IMG/VR virus record: IMGVR_UViG_3300028883_000004
Location: 1 to 64,000 of that record
DNA: 64,000 nucleotides
From: a virus
Reading direction: 5' to 3' (one strand)
The notes under the pieces were generated by a model. That model ran no database searches and was not told where the DNA came from. It was given only the letters and a program-made list of their open reading frames with translations. This document shows, in pieces, positions 23,593 to 33,539 of the stretch; positions within the stretch are counted from its first letter, which is position 1, and the number at the start of each line of letters is the position of its first letter. The translations under genes were made by a program, and so were the position numbers.

Positions 23593-25754
23593 TGGCTGAC
23601 GTCAGCATCCCCGAATTCAGATACGTTGGTTTCTATTACGCTGAGATTCTGACAAACCTGCTTGAAAGTCTGGAGCAGCATTGTGACGAATTGACAGACC
23701 GAAGCGACTACGAACCGTACGTGCAAATCATTAGAGCCTTCACCCTGGCTCATCATATTCTCTCTTGCGAGTTAGACATCTCAGCGGAGGAGGCCATCTT
23801 TGGAACGGCAAAGGAGAGGGAGTCGGTTCAAGAACACCTGAAGCTCATCTCAACTCGACTGAATTCGTATAGTCCTGCAATGGTTCGCCTAGTCGCTACA
23901 CTCACAAAGATATTCTACGAGAATATAGCAGACATGGTTCCCAAGGGCTCCATGTTCGCTGTGAAAGGAGAAGAAGGCTCCAGAGGATTTGTAGAATACG
24001 AAGTGCAAGATAATGTATTCGCCAGAGCTGGGAACGGGGTGGAGTACTGCTACAGGGTAGACCCGGACGGAACGACTACAGGGAACCTTGAAGGAGCATT
24101 CCCATTTGAGGTGTTCCCAGACATCGTACTGAATACCTGGATTTGCTTCGGACATCCTACAAACATGTTTGATTCGCTTTATCTTAAAATGTCTGATCTT
24201 AGTGATTCGATTTACGGATCATGGGAGTATTACGCAAAGAACTACGACAACTATCATCCGAACTCTGTCACGATCGACGGAGCAGGTTTGAAGTTTGTTC
24301 TCACCTCCCTTCTTGGAACAAAGCGATGTGACGGTTTAACTATACGGGTCAGGTGTAGACTCACTGGAGTCTATGAGGAAGTCGAAGTGCAATGGGATGG
24401 ATCAAACAACTACATAATCAGCGCGGCACGATTTGGTCAAGCCGGTGATCCTTCCGTCCTTCAGCGTGATTACTTCGTAGGCGGCGAATGGCTTCCTCTA
24501 TCTCTTGTAGCGGAAACAGACTGGGACCTCGATGATGATGAGAACACTTTGAGATGGGCACTCCCAGAGGACGAATTGAGAAGGTGGAACAAAACAAACA
24601 TAGGAGATAGTGACGAAGCCTTCTTTGTAAGATACAGAATAACCTATCTTGGAACGCCACCTCATTCTGGTACGGTCGATATGGACGAAATCGACAGCGG
24701 TGCTCAGTACATTGAATTCGAGGCTATTCAAGGAAGGTCGGTTGTGCAAGACCCTCTCTTCAGCGGCACGGGTCTCCCCTTCCAGACAGTCACTCTCGCA
24801 AGGACTCCTTACATCGAAGGATCGCTGAGGCTCTACATAGACGAAGGGACAGGAGTCCATCTCTGGTCGGAGGTAGATAACTTCGTCTCCAGCACTTCTA
24901 TCTCTCGACACTTTACTGTTCGGATCAACGACGATGATCAGGCAGTTATTATGTGCGGCGACGGAGAGAACGGACGGACCTTCCCGATAGGAACGGAAAA
25001 CGGATCCGCGGCATATCGTATAGGAGCCGCGATGAATGGAAACGTCTCTGAGGATACTGTTACAGAGAACAAAAATGCAGTCCCGTTTATCAAGAACATT
25101 TACAACCCTCAGCCAGCGGAAGGTTGGAAAGACAAAGAAGGAGGGAACGAGACCGCCCTTGAGGCGGCCAAGATCAACGTTCCTGCAGCAAAACTCCGTG
25201 GGACCCAGGCTGGAGCCTCCCCAGATACTCTGGACCGCCTCCTCGTCGATTTAGAGTACGAGGGAACAAAACCGATCGTAAGGGTTAGAGTGGTCGAGGA
25301 GATATATGGACCAAAGACAATCGGGGCAATCTTAGTCGGGCCTGGAGGCTATGCCGTACCAGACGAACTCCTCTCCTGGTTGGAGGATAACCTGAATGGT
25401 CAGTTGGATTCTGAAAACGGAAAGAAGGTTATTGCGAATCATCAGCTCGCAGCAGAGCATTTCGACCCCGAGGTGATAAACGTAGAGATCGAAGTCGACG
25501 GTGGAAGCGTAGGAGAGATTACGGACCTCATTACAAGCCTTCTCAATCCTACGAAGAAGAACGACGAAGGCGATCAGTACGTATGGCAATGGGGAGGTCT
25601 TGTAGATCGAAACAGAATAGCAGCAGAGGCATGGAAGGCTAAGACAGGGCGACAGATCACAAAGGTGAATCTTATCCAGCCTGCGGCAGACGTCTCTTTA
25701 GGAGTTCGATCGCTCCCAGTTCCTGGAACAATTACTGTTACGATAGTGGAGTAA
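23589..25754 (+). CDS. baseplate J-like protein (gpJ / gp6 family)
   Basis: 721 aa, ATGA-coupled. The C-terminal region (NRIAAEAWKAKTGRQITKVNLIQPAADVSLGVRSLPVPGTITVTIVE) is typical of Baseplate_J. Synteny is W-J-I. Confidence 0.7.
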   Translation: MMADVSIPEFRYVGFYYAEILTNLLESLEQHCDELTDRSDYEPYVQIIRAFTLAHHILSCELDISAEEAIFGTAKERESVQEHLKLISTRLNSYSPAMVRLVATLTKIFYENIADMVPKGSMFAVKGEEGSRGFVEYEVQDNVFARAGNGVEYCYRVDPDGTTTGNLEGAFPFEVFPDIVLNTWICFGHPTNMFDSLYLKMSDLSDSIYGSWEYYAKNYDNYHPNSVTIDGAGLKFVLTSLLGTKRCDGLTIRVRCRLTGVYEEVEVQWDGSNNYIISAARFGQAGDPSVLQRDYFVGGEWLPLSLVAETDWDLDDDENTLRWALPEDELRRWNKTNIGDSDEAFFVRYRITYLGTPPHSGTVDMDEIDSGAQYIEFEAIQGRSVVQDPLFSGTGLPFQTVTLARTPYIEGSLRLYIDEGTGVHLWSEVDNFVSSTSISRHFTVRINDDDQAVIMCGDGENGRTFPIGTENGSAAYRIGAAMNGNVSEDTVTENKNAVPFIKNIYNPQPAEGWKDKEGGNETALEAAKINVPAAKLRGTQAGASPDTLDRLLVDLEYEGTKPIVRVRVVEEIYGPKTIGAILVGPGGYAVPDELLSWLEDNLNGQLDSENGKKVIANHQLAAEHFDPEVINVEIEVDGGSVGEITDLITSLLNPTKKNDEGDQYVWQWGGLVDRNRIAAEAWKAKTGRQITKVNLIQPAADVSLGVRSLPVPGTITVTIVE

Positions 25755-25758
25755 GCGA

Positions 25759-27282
25759 ATGGCGAGCTTTTCACAAATAGTACCAAGCGAGGTAACGGAA
25801 CTCACTCCAACGTGGGTAAAGGTATACGGAAACGACCTTCCGGCTACAGGGTCTTGGATCATAGGCGAAGATCGTTACCCAATGCAAGTTATTGTAGAAG
25901 GCGATGACCGCGTCTCCCTTCTCATTCCTCCACTCCCGTTTGGTGAGTACACTCTTTCTGTAGAGGCTTCTGGCGAATCGTTCTCCCTGGCAGACGCCTT
26001 CAGAGTGGTTACAAATACCAACACTGAACTCTATGACTACATCATCGATGCTGTAAGAGAGGATGACAGAATCGATGGAGACTCCTTCCTGCAAAGATAC
26101 CTAAGAGGTGCACAATCTCTAGTTGATGTTATGAAGGAGAAAATAGACGAACTTCCATTTTCCATTGGTCCAGGGACAGTATCTGAAAGAGAGGCCAAAA
26201 AGATACTCCCTCAAATCGGAAAGCTCGTAGCGTTAGGGACTCCAGACCTTGCTCCTGTAATGGAGGCATTGGATATTCCGCGAATGAGGAAGTTAGTTGC
26301 AGCGGCCTCGACGATTTGGTCTCAGATGCTTACAGAGGTAGGATACAAAAACGCCTGCAGGATAATCACCGGAGACGAAGTCGTCATCTACAACTGGTTT
26401 CTCAATAGAGTCGTTCTAGGAGAGACCCCGATCAGTTTTAATCATGGACATGCAGGTGGAGAGTTCAAACTTCATCCTGGTTTATATGATACGGGAGAGG
26501 GAGACGAAGCAAACGGTCCGTATCAGAGCGACCTTTACATGTGGACTCCTGAAATCGAAGATGCAGATGTGGAGATTCTACGGCTCATCCTAAGATTGAT
26601 GAGACCTATGAGCGAGAGGCTCAATCTGTACTTCTGTGAAGTCTTTGATGAGTTCCTTCTTGGGCAACGACAATGGCTTGAGATAGGTGGAGACCTCGTG
26701 GAGTTTTATCCAGGCGAAGGTATGGTTCAAATCGGTGGATCGCTTCTACAAGCTGGTGGAATTGCAGTTGGTGGTTATGACTACCTCAAGCGGATGTTCG
26801 AAAGCAACTTTTATTTTCATTCCGATATTCTGATTCCGAAGTCTACATCGACTGCAATAGCTTTCGGAACCGGCGATGGAACGATAACGCATACTTACCA
26901 GTTGAGAGTAGGGTTTGACCTTGGAAGCAGAACTGGGAAAAGAAGGATCGATTTGATGAGGCACTATAATGAGGAAGGCGGTCCATCTTCGACTACCTTC
27001 CTGGAACATGTCGATGTTCCTGTTTCTGAAGAGTGCACGAATAACTTAGCCATCGAACAAAGGATAGTTGCTACAGGTGGTGGTTACAATAGAGAGTTGC
27101 GATGCTTTCTAAATGGGGAGCATCTTATGACGGGAGTAGAAAGCGCATCGCAGTTAGACTTCGACGCTGCTCCCTCGATAATAGTTCCTTGTGTAACGAC
27201 AGGATTTGAACAGGTTGAACTCTACAGGACAGAGGCGCATTACGTACCACGCCGTAAGGCCCTGGTAGACATAAACGAATAG
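25759..27282 (+). CDS. putative baseplate/tail protein (gpI position) with N-terminal Ig-like (IPT/TIG-like) domain
   Basis: Synteny after J. The N-terminal ~85 aa (VTELTPTWVKVYGNDLPATG...GEYTLSVEASGESFSLADAFRVV) look like an IPT/TIG beta-sandwich. Confidence 0.45.
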   Translation: MASFSQIVPSEVTELTPTWVKVYGNDLPATGSWIIGEDRYPMQVIVEGDDRVSLLIPPLPFGEYTLSVEASGESFSLADAFRVVTNTNTELYDYIIDAVREDDRIDGDSFLQRYLRGAQSLVDVMKEKIDELPFSIGPGTVSEREAKKILPQIGKLVALGTPDLAPVMEALDIPRMRKLVAAASTIWSQMLTEVGYKNACRIITGDEVVIYNWFLNRVVLGETPISFNHGHAGGEFKLHPGLYDTGEGDEANGPYQSDLYMWTPEIEDADVEILRLILRLMRPMSERLNLYFCEVFDEFLLGQRQWLEIGGDLVEFYPGEGMVQIGGSLLQAGGIAVGGYDYLKRMFESNFYFHSDILIPKSTSTAIAFGTGDGTITHTYQLRVGFDLGSRTGKRRIDLMRHYNEEGGPSSTTFLEHVDVPVSEECTNNLAIEQRIVATGGGYNRELRCFLNGEHLMTGVESASQLDFDAAPSIIVPCVTTGFEQVELYRTEAHYVPRRKALVDINE

Positions 27283-27292
27283 GAGAACTGGA

Positions 27293-30200
27293 ATGCTATT
27301 ACGGAAGAAGATCAACGCGTACACCAAGAAGGTGTTGGGAAAGGGCGACCTCAAAGACCGCTTCCTCGATTACCTCGCTGATGTCGTCTACAGCTTCACG
27401 TCTCGCTTCTACCAGGGACAAGGGATTCGCGATGGAGCTATCGTAGGAGATACCTCACAAAGCGATGCCTTTGGTTTCCTGGATTCTACCGGGCCTGATA
27501 CTCCTGGAGAGATCAACGGAGTCGACGGGAACGGGAAGGAAATGGAACTCACCGATGGCGATCACAGCCTAGATGCTTTTGGTTCTTGGAAGGTTCCTTT
27601 CGCGAATGCAAATGGAATCTGGTATTGGGTAGGGTTGAAGGCTAACGAGATGCCGTACTACGACCCGCCCGTAGACCCAGGAGCCCTTCAGCCTCTGGAG
27701 ACGAACCCAGTCACAGGTCAGCCTGCTTACACCTCTCTGATCGATATCACAGGAGAGGTAGGGCATCCCGACGATGTTGAATGGGATTCTGGAACAGGTC
27801 AACTGATTCTCGAAGTCACCGATTTGACAGAGGCTGGAGAGAGTCATGCTATGAGGCAGGCGATCGTCTATCTTGACTCACCCGTTTCTACGAATCATGC
27901 TATCGCATTCAAGGAAGTTCTCGTGGACTGGAATGCAGATGGCGACAATAAGAACAAGGTGCGCTTCGTAGGAGACCTTGGACAGCAAGCGGCAGGTCTG
28001 AGCGTTTCTACAGACCCAGACGATTATTGGGTTGTCATTCCAGGACCGACTTGCAGACGAAACACAGACCTCTCGCTCGACGGCGATTATTGCATTCTCG
28101 GAAAGGTAGAAGGTGGAGGGGCTGGCAATCCTCCTTCCTCCTACGATCTTTCTGCTCAGCGTCGCCTCGACCTTTCCTTTGGAGACAACGCCGCAAACAT
28201 CGAGACGCTTGGAAAGGACATTTACAAAGACCCTGTGAGTATGCTCGATGGCGATGGTCTTATGAACTTCAATCAACCCATCGAATACTGGTGGGAGCAA
28301 GAGCATCGTCAAGACGGATACGGAACACCTGGGGAGAGGTACACTCACTCCGACATCACTCCCGATTCGGTAAAGGCAAAGCAGAAGGCAGGCTGGAGTA
28401 AGATCATTGCGCGAGCCACTTCCTCTGGAGATGCCGTACTTGGAAAAATCGGAGTTCATGACTATTCGACTAACGCATGGATCGGTGGCATTCATGGAGA
28501 CGGAAAGTTCATCACTCCAAATGAAGGACAGTTCGGAGCAGGTGTCTTTCCTGGTTCATCTCTAAAGGCTCATTTGATCGAGGAGGCTGGAGCTTCTTCA
28601 AAGCAAGTAATGGCTTTCAAGGATGAGAACATCACAACCGCAGTCCGTCTTTCTCACGCTGGCAAACTGACGAACTTCTCGGAAATGCCAGAAGAAGGAA
28701 TCGTCCCGGCTATTGCTTGGAATTATCGCAGAAGGAAAGTCATCACAGTAGGAAACGGCTCAACGAACTTTGGAGACTACAACGGAGCCTCAGAAATCAA
28801 AACGGCTATTGAGTCCCAGAAGGGAAATGAGCAACCTGTTTCAATCTACATTAAAGCAGGTTCATATACAATAAACAACGGACCGATCGTCATTCCTTCA
28901 AACGTAATGATTTACGGCGACGGGATAGGAACAAAACTCTTAAACGGATCCGCTTCAGAATACATCTTTGACATCCCTCAGGTTACAACTGGAGCTGATG
29001 GTCAATGTTATGTTGGCGATCAGTACACTTTCCAATCGTCTGGATCGACTTTCCAAACGGATGGAGTTGAAGCGGGCGATTATCTAGTTCCAATGGGAAT
29101 TGATATATTTGGAACGCCTTACGTCAATACTGACTGCATGGATCCGTATCGCATCGGTGAGGTTCTTAGTGAAACGCAGCTCAAGGTCCAGGGGAGAACA
29201 TTCGGAGGCTCTCATACAGATGTTTATTTCGCTATCCTAAAGCACGGAGTCGAAATCCACAACCTTCAAACTTACGCCGCTACTGGGAAGCACGGTCATA
29301 TTAGAGCTAATGTAGTCGGTGGGAAGTTTACGAACCTCTTTATGAGGAGGAACGGAAGTGCCTACGGACTTTATCTCGTAGGTGGAATTGATTGCACTAT
29401 TGAAAATATCCACGGTGAACAGGTTGACCATTTAGTTAGTCTAGGATCAAATAGTCAAAATTGCGTAGTGAATAACGTAGTCGGATTGGATTGCAATCAG
29501 GTTGTAGTTGTAAGCGGTGGAACAGAATTTTTTGGAGGTGGTCATTCAGTTTCAAATGTAAGCGGACAGCGATGCGAGAACATCATCTACGGAACAGGAT
29601 CAGGCTTCACGGTTAATAATATCTCGTCAAGATGGGGAAGGGATGATGCAGTCTATCTTCATTCTGCTGCAGGATTCTCCGTCTCTGGAGTTGCTTCGTA
29701 TTACGATTACGGAAGCGCAGTTCATGTAGACTCATGTTACGCATGTACTCTATCAAATATAACTTCTTATTACAATAGAAGCGGAGCCGGACTTAATATC
29801 AGTGCAGGCGATAACGGCATATCGGTTTCTAATGTAGTTATAAATCAATCTGTAGGACAGGGTGTCAACATCAGTTCCCTAACCAGTACAAATGGAAAGC
29901 CTGCATCATTCTCAAACGTCATTGTTTACAATGCAGGAAATGGAGCTGGATCATATAGCGGTTTTTATCTTACTCAAATCGATAATGTTTCATTTGACGG
30001 TTGCGGAGCTTTCGGATGCACAAACCAAGGATGGAACATAAATCTAAGCGACAAAGTGAAGTTTGCAAACTGCTTCGGATTCAAGAACGACGGAGCAGGT
30101 TTCTCCTGGGATGAAGGCTCGATGTCCTTTTCCAATTGCGAAGCATCAGAGAATGTAGGTCGCGGGTTTCAAGATACTGGAACATCGTCGGATTGCACCT

Positions 30201-30670
30201 TTACATCATGCATTGCAGAGAATAACGGCAGCGGTGGATTCTATCTAAATGGTTATATGACGACAACATCAGCTTGCCTCGCTAGAGGTAACGATGGAAA
30301 CGGCTTTGCAAACTACGGAGGCGGTAGTCATAGTTATGTAGGATGCATTGCAATCGGAAACGATGCAGATGGATTCCACCTTGTAGAGAAATCGGCATGC
30401 TCAAATTGCCTCGCCCAATCGAACGGTGAAGAGGGATTCTTTATTGACGGTCAATACAGTAAAATCACCGACTGTGAAGCATGGTACAACGACGATGTAG
30501 GATTTGGAGTCCACGTTGGCGATGTAGCATTATACGATAACATCGGATGGGCAAATTCAAACTACGACTTCAAACTCAACGGTTACGTTGGAATTGGATT
30601 CAAGAAGTTTGGAGACATCAACACAAACGTTACAGACAACAACGAATTTCAAACCTTCACTGGATCATAA
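27293..30670 (+). CDS. tail fibre/tailspike with right-handed parallel beta-helix (putative glycan depolymerase)
   Basis: 1125 aa. The C-terminal ~500 aa carry many ~22-aa repeats with N..G.GF (NDGAGFSW, NVGRGFQD, NNGSGGFYL, GNDGNGFAN, GNDADGFHL, SNGEEGFFI, YNDDVGFGV), typical of PbH1 repeats. Confidence 0.7.
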   Translation: MLLRKKINAYTKKVLGKGDLKDRFLDYLADVVYSFTSRFYQGQGIRDGAIVGDTSQSDAFGFLDSTGPDTPGEINGVDGNGKEMELTDGDHSLDAFGSWKVPFANANGIWYWVGLKANEMPYYDPPVDPGALQPLETNPVTGQPAYTSLIDITGEVGHPDDVEWDSGTGQLILEVTDLTEAGESHAMRQAIVYLDSPVSTNHAIAFKEVLVDWNADGDNKNKVRFVGDLGQQAAGLSVSTDPDDYWVVIPGPTCRRNTDLSLDGDYCILGKVEGGGAGNPPSSYDLSAQRRLDLSFGDNAANIETLGKDIYKDPVSMLDGDGLMNFNQPIEYWWEQEHRQDGYGTPGERYTHSDITPDSVKAKQKAGWSKIIARATSSGDAVLGKIGVHDYSTNAWIGGIHGDGKFITPNEGQFGAGVFPGSSLKAHLIEEAGASSKQVMAFKDENITTAVRLSHAGKLTNFSEMPEEGIVPAIAWNYRRRKVITVGNGSTNFGDYNGASEIKTAIESQKGNEQPVSIYIKAGSYTINNGPIVIPSNVMIYGDGIGTKLLNGSASEYIFDIPQVTTGADGQCYVGDQYTFQSSGSTFQTDGVEAGDYLVPMGIDIFGTPYVNTDCMDPYRIGEVLSETQLKVQGRTFGGSHTDVYFAILKHGVEIHNLQTYAATGKHGHIRANVVGGKFTNLFMRRNGSAYGLYLVGGIDCTIENIHGEQVDHLVSLGSNSQNCVVNNVVGLDCNQVVVVSGGTEFFGGGHSVSNVSGQRCENIIYGTGSGFTVNNISSRWGRDDAVYLHSAAGFSVSGVASYYDYGSAVHVDSCYACTLSNITSYYNRSGAGLNISAGDNGISVSNVVINQSVGQGVNISSLTSTNGKPASFSNVIVYNAGNGAGSYSGFYLTQIDNVSFDGCGAFGCTNQGWNINLSDKVKFANCFGFKNDGAGFSWDEGSMSFSNCEASENVGRGFQDTGTSSDCTFTSCIAENNGSGGFYLNGYMTTTSACLARGNDGNGFANYGGGSHSYVGCIAIGNDADGFHLVEKSACSNCLAQSNGEEGFFIDGQYSKITDCEAWYNDDVGFGVHVGDVALYDNIGWANSNYDFKLNGYVGIGFKKFGDINTNVTDNNEFQTFTGS

Positions 30671-30681
30671 GGGAGATTATC

Positions 30682-30912
30682 ATGGCAGTAACGGTTTCGT
30701 TAAAAGCGGATGAAGATACCTATACCCTAGCGAACTTTAACGGTGAGAGCACGGTACAGGTAAAGTACAGTGCTCTCGGTGGAGCGATTAGCAGCCTTCA
30801 GGCTCAACGTGCAGTTATCGTAGGAAAGCAGTCATCTGAGCTCGATGTTATCGATGCAAAGATTGCAGCTTACACCTCTGCGAAAAATGCGATCGACGCC
30901 TATAACGGCTAA
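30682..30912 (+). CDS. small hypothetical protein (76 aa) downstream of the fibre
   Basis: ATG after GGGAG. No motif. Could be a fibre accessory protein, by position only. Confidence 0.4.
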   Translation: MAVTVSLKADEDTYTLANFNGESTVQVKYSALGGAISSLQAQRAVIVGKQSSELDVIDAKIAAYTSAKNAIDAYNG

Positions 30913-30947
30913 AAGAAAACAACCAGTAAAGGAAGGTAGGAAAAGAA

Positions 30948-31454
30948 TTGGGCCCAACATTTACAACGTGCATATTGATAGCGCAAACGGCTCAGCATAC
31001 TACGGTCACAACGTTCCTAACTGAAGCCGCTCCATGGTTAGGAGCCATCGGAGCAGCGTTGGCGGTAGTGGTCGCATCAATTACAATTGCAAAACACTTT
31101 CGAGGAAGGGTCCAGGATGAGATTAAACTTGTCCTGGCTAACCATTGTCCGGTGCAGGAGGAGAAAGTCAAGGCAAGCGTTAAAGGCGAGCTTGCGGAGA
31201 TAACCGATCGCCTAGACGATGTCACTCTTGTTATGATGAAGGGGATGCAGATCAACGGTGGGGTTGCAAAGCTCAATAGGAACCTTCGCGTTATGGCATC
31301 TCAAATAGATCCGTCTGGAAAGCTATCGTCCGCGATGGAGGATATCGTAAGAACCACAGAGGACGAAGAATTGGATATTGCGCTCGACAATCTTCTCGTT
31401 CAGGCAAAGGAAAGAAGGAGAAGGCGAGCCACATCAAAGGAGGAAGCGAAATGA
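30948..31454 (+). CDS. membrane protein (one predicted TM segment), lysis-cassette candidate
   Basis: TTG start after AAAGGAAGGTAGG. Hydrophobic segment WLGAIGAALAVVVASITIA. ATGA-coupled to the amidase. Confidence 0.4.
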   Translation: MGPTFTTCILIAQTAQHTTVTTFLTEAAPWLGAIGAALAVVVASITIAKHFRGRVQDEIKLVLANHCPVQEEKVKASVKGELAEITDRLDDVTLVMMKGMQINGGVAKLNRNLRVMASQIDPSGKLSSAMEDIVRTTEDEELDIALDNLLVQAKERRRRRATSKEEAK

Positions 31455-32065
31455 TCGTATGCGTAGACGTCCAGCACATTGGCAAACGCAACAGGCCTAA
31501 CGACAGAGGAGCCTTCGCCTTCGGGAGAACGGAGGTGTCATTCACCGAAGCCTACGGAACGGCAATCAAGGACATCCTGGAAGGAATGGGGCACAAGGTT
31601 TATCTCTCCATCGAGTCTCTCACGGATGGAATACTCGACGGGAACTACGGAGAGCGTCACGACTTCGCCAACAGGGTAGGAGCCGACCTCTATCTGGCGT
31701 GTCATGTTAACGCAGGAGCCCAGGCCGATTACTCCCTTACCGAGATTCAGTACAATGCCTTCGAGAGAACCTTCTGGCTGGCGAAGACAATTGCTCAGAA
31801 CTTCCGCGACAGGATTCCGACCTCGAAGGCTTACGTTAAGAGACTGAAACCGGCAAACCGCGGATGGTCCTGCATCGACGGAATCAAGGGCGGCTCGGCA
31901 ATTCTCTTGGAGCCCTTCTTCATCGACAACCAGGAGGATCACGAATTCGCTTCCACCGAGGAGGGGATTCAGACAATCGCCATGTGCGTAACGGATGCAG
32001 TCCAGGAATGGATGGAATTGTATCCCGAGCTCAACGCTGAGGAGTTCTCAGTCACGGAGTTCTAA
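31451..32065 (+). CDS. N-acetylmuramoyl-L-alanine amidase (Amidase_3-type endolysin)
   Basis: DLYLACHVNAG...SAILLEPFFIDNQEDHEF matches the H.N ... lvE.gF.dN..d pattern of the MurNAc-LAA family. Confidence 0.7.
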   Translation: MIVCVDVQHIGKRNRPNDRGAFAFGRTEVSFTEAYGTAIKDILEGMGHKVYLSIESLTDGILDGNYGERHDFANRVGADLYLACHVNAGAQADYSLTEIQYNAFERTFWLAKTIAQNFRDRIPTSKAYVKRLKPANRGWSCIDGIKGGSAILLEPFFIDNQEDHEFASTEEGIQTIAMCVTDAVQEWMELYPELNAEEFSVTEF

Positions 32066-32542
32066 ATGGATCGTAAGACACGATCGTTCAAGGTACAGAC
32101 TATCAGGAAGCGTCGCTATGGATGGAGGCGCTTCCTGTTCTTCTTCATCTCTGGCGCAGATGAGGCTCGCCTTCTTTACGACGGTCTCTACGAAATGCCT
32201 GAGGAGATTCAGAAGAAGTTTGCCTACGAGATAGAACTGGCAAAGAAGGACCTCCTCATCAAGAGGATGTTCGATCGAGCCTCCGCTGCTTACTGGTTGC
32301 AGTGGATCCAACTTGCCTTGACGATCGTAGGGACAATCATGGCTGCGCATTTCAAACCAGACATATTGCTCCATGTAGCCTTCGGAGGAGCAGGAAGCAC
32401 TCTCGCGACTAACATCGTAAGAAAGATCAGTCGACAGAGAGTAATGAGACAACTCAACGGTCACGCCAAAGTTGAAACGGAAGTCTTGGAGAAAGCGACA
32501 GAGACTCCAATCGACGAGGACCCAGACGCGGAGGAAGTCTAA
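32066..32542 (+). CDS. membrane protein (two predicted TM segments, charged C-terminus), holin candidate
   Basis: AYWLQWIQLALTIVGTIMAAHF and LLHVAFGGAGSTLATNIV are hydrophobic. The tail is acidic. Confidence 0.45.
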   Translation: MDRKTRSFKVQTIRKRRYGWRRFLFFFISGADEARLLYDGLYEMPEEIQKKFAYEIELAKKDLLIKRMFDRASAAYWLQWIQLALTIVGTIMAAHFKPDILLHVAFGGAGSTLATNIVRKISRQRVMRQLNGHAKVETEVLEKATETPIDEDPDAEEV

Positions 32543-33465
32543 TGACAGTCAAATGGCAGATAGGAATTGTGATCGCCCTTATTGCGGCGGTTGCGCTTTG
32601 CATTTACCTCGGAGTGTCGAGGGCGGAAGTTACGGCAGAGGCAGAGTCTCTTCGCCGTACCCTGGAGGAAACAGACGAACTGAGGGCGACCCTTCTCACT
32701 CAGAACGAAAAGATCGGAACCCTGCAGGCGAGCCTTACATCCTCGAAGGAGATGGAGAGGAAGTTCAAGGAGGCTCTAAAATCGAAGAAAGGGCTCCAGA
32801 AGTTCGTAAAAGAGTACGGATTGACCGCAGATTGGATGGGAGAGGTCTCGTTTTCCTATAATTCGCCTCGTAGGAGCCCGGAGAACGCCGTAGAAACGCC
32901 GATCGTTGGCCCAGAGACCCTTTCCCTCTCCCTAGACGACGGACGCCTTAAAATGGCGATAGAGAACGTTTTGGCCTTCCCAGGCCTCCTTCCCTACTCT
33001 TTGGCAGATCGTGGAAGCTCAGATGGAAGAGGGAGCCCTGGCGTCTCTTACACTCTAACCCAGCACTTCAAGGTCGAGGCAGGAGTCCTACGAGTGGAAG
33101 GTCAGGACACAATAAAACCGTCCTATATGTTCCTGACTGAGGTAGACTCGGAAGGAAACGAAATCGGATCCGCAGTTGTGGAGAACTCCAATGTCGATTA
33201 TATCGAGACGACCCTTCCGAGAGAGGGGAAATGGTACGACCCAATTCATCTTGGTTTCCAGGGAAGGGCTGGCGTCAATCCCTACGCAGAAGCTGGAATG
33301 TATTTTGAATGGAGACCTCAGCACGGATCCAGGGACAAGTATCGGATTTGGATTGACGGTGGAGTCCTCATAGACGATAGCGAGGTCGGCTCCTTCCTGG
33401 AGATAGGCAAGGGAACGAATATTGGTTGGGGCGCTCATCTAGGGGCGGCAGTTCCCATTCGCTGA
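32542..33465 (+). CDS. N-terminally membrane-anchored protein with coiled coil (spanin-like candidate)
   Basis: TM segment WQIGIVIALIAAVALCIYLGV, then a heptad-like region. TAATG-coupled. Last gene before a strong hairpin. Confidence 0.4.
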   Translation: MTVKWQIGIVIALIAAVALCIYLGVSRAEVTAEAESLRRTLEETDELRATLLTQNEKIGTLQASLTSSKEMERKFKEALKSKKGLQKFVKEYGLTADWMGEVSFSYNSPRRSPENAVETPIVGPETLSLSLDDGRLKMAIENVLAFPGLLPYSLADRGSSDGRGSPGVSYTLTQHFKVEAGVLRVEGQDTIKPSYMFLTEVDSEGNEIGSAVVENSNVDYIETTLPREGKWYDPIHLGFQGRAGVNPYAEAGMYFEWRPQHGSRDKYRIWIDGGVLIDDSEVGSFLEIGKGTNIGWGAHLGAAVPIR

Positions 33466-33486
33466 ACTCCTGAACTTTTAGTCTGT

Positions 33487-33514
33487 AACCAGGTGGAGCA
33501 TTCTCCATCTGGTT
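33487..33514 (+). terminator. stem-loop at the end of the structural/lysis block
   Basis: AACCAGGTGGAG-catt-CTCCATCTGGTT gives a 12-bp stem with one G.U pair, followed by GCTGCTTATT. Confidence 0.5.
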
Positions 33515-33539
33515 GCTGCTTATTACGAATAGAGGACAC

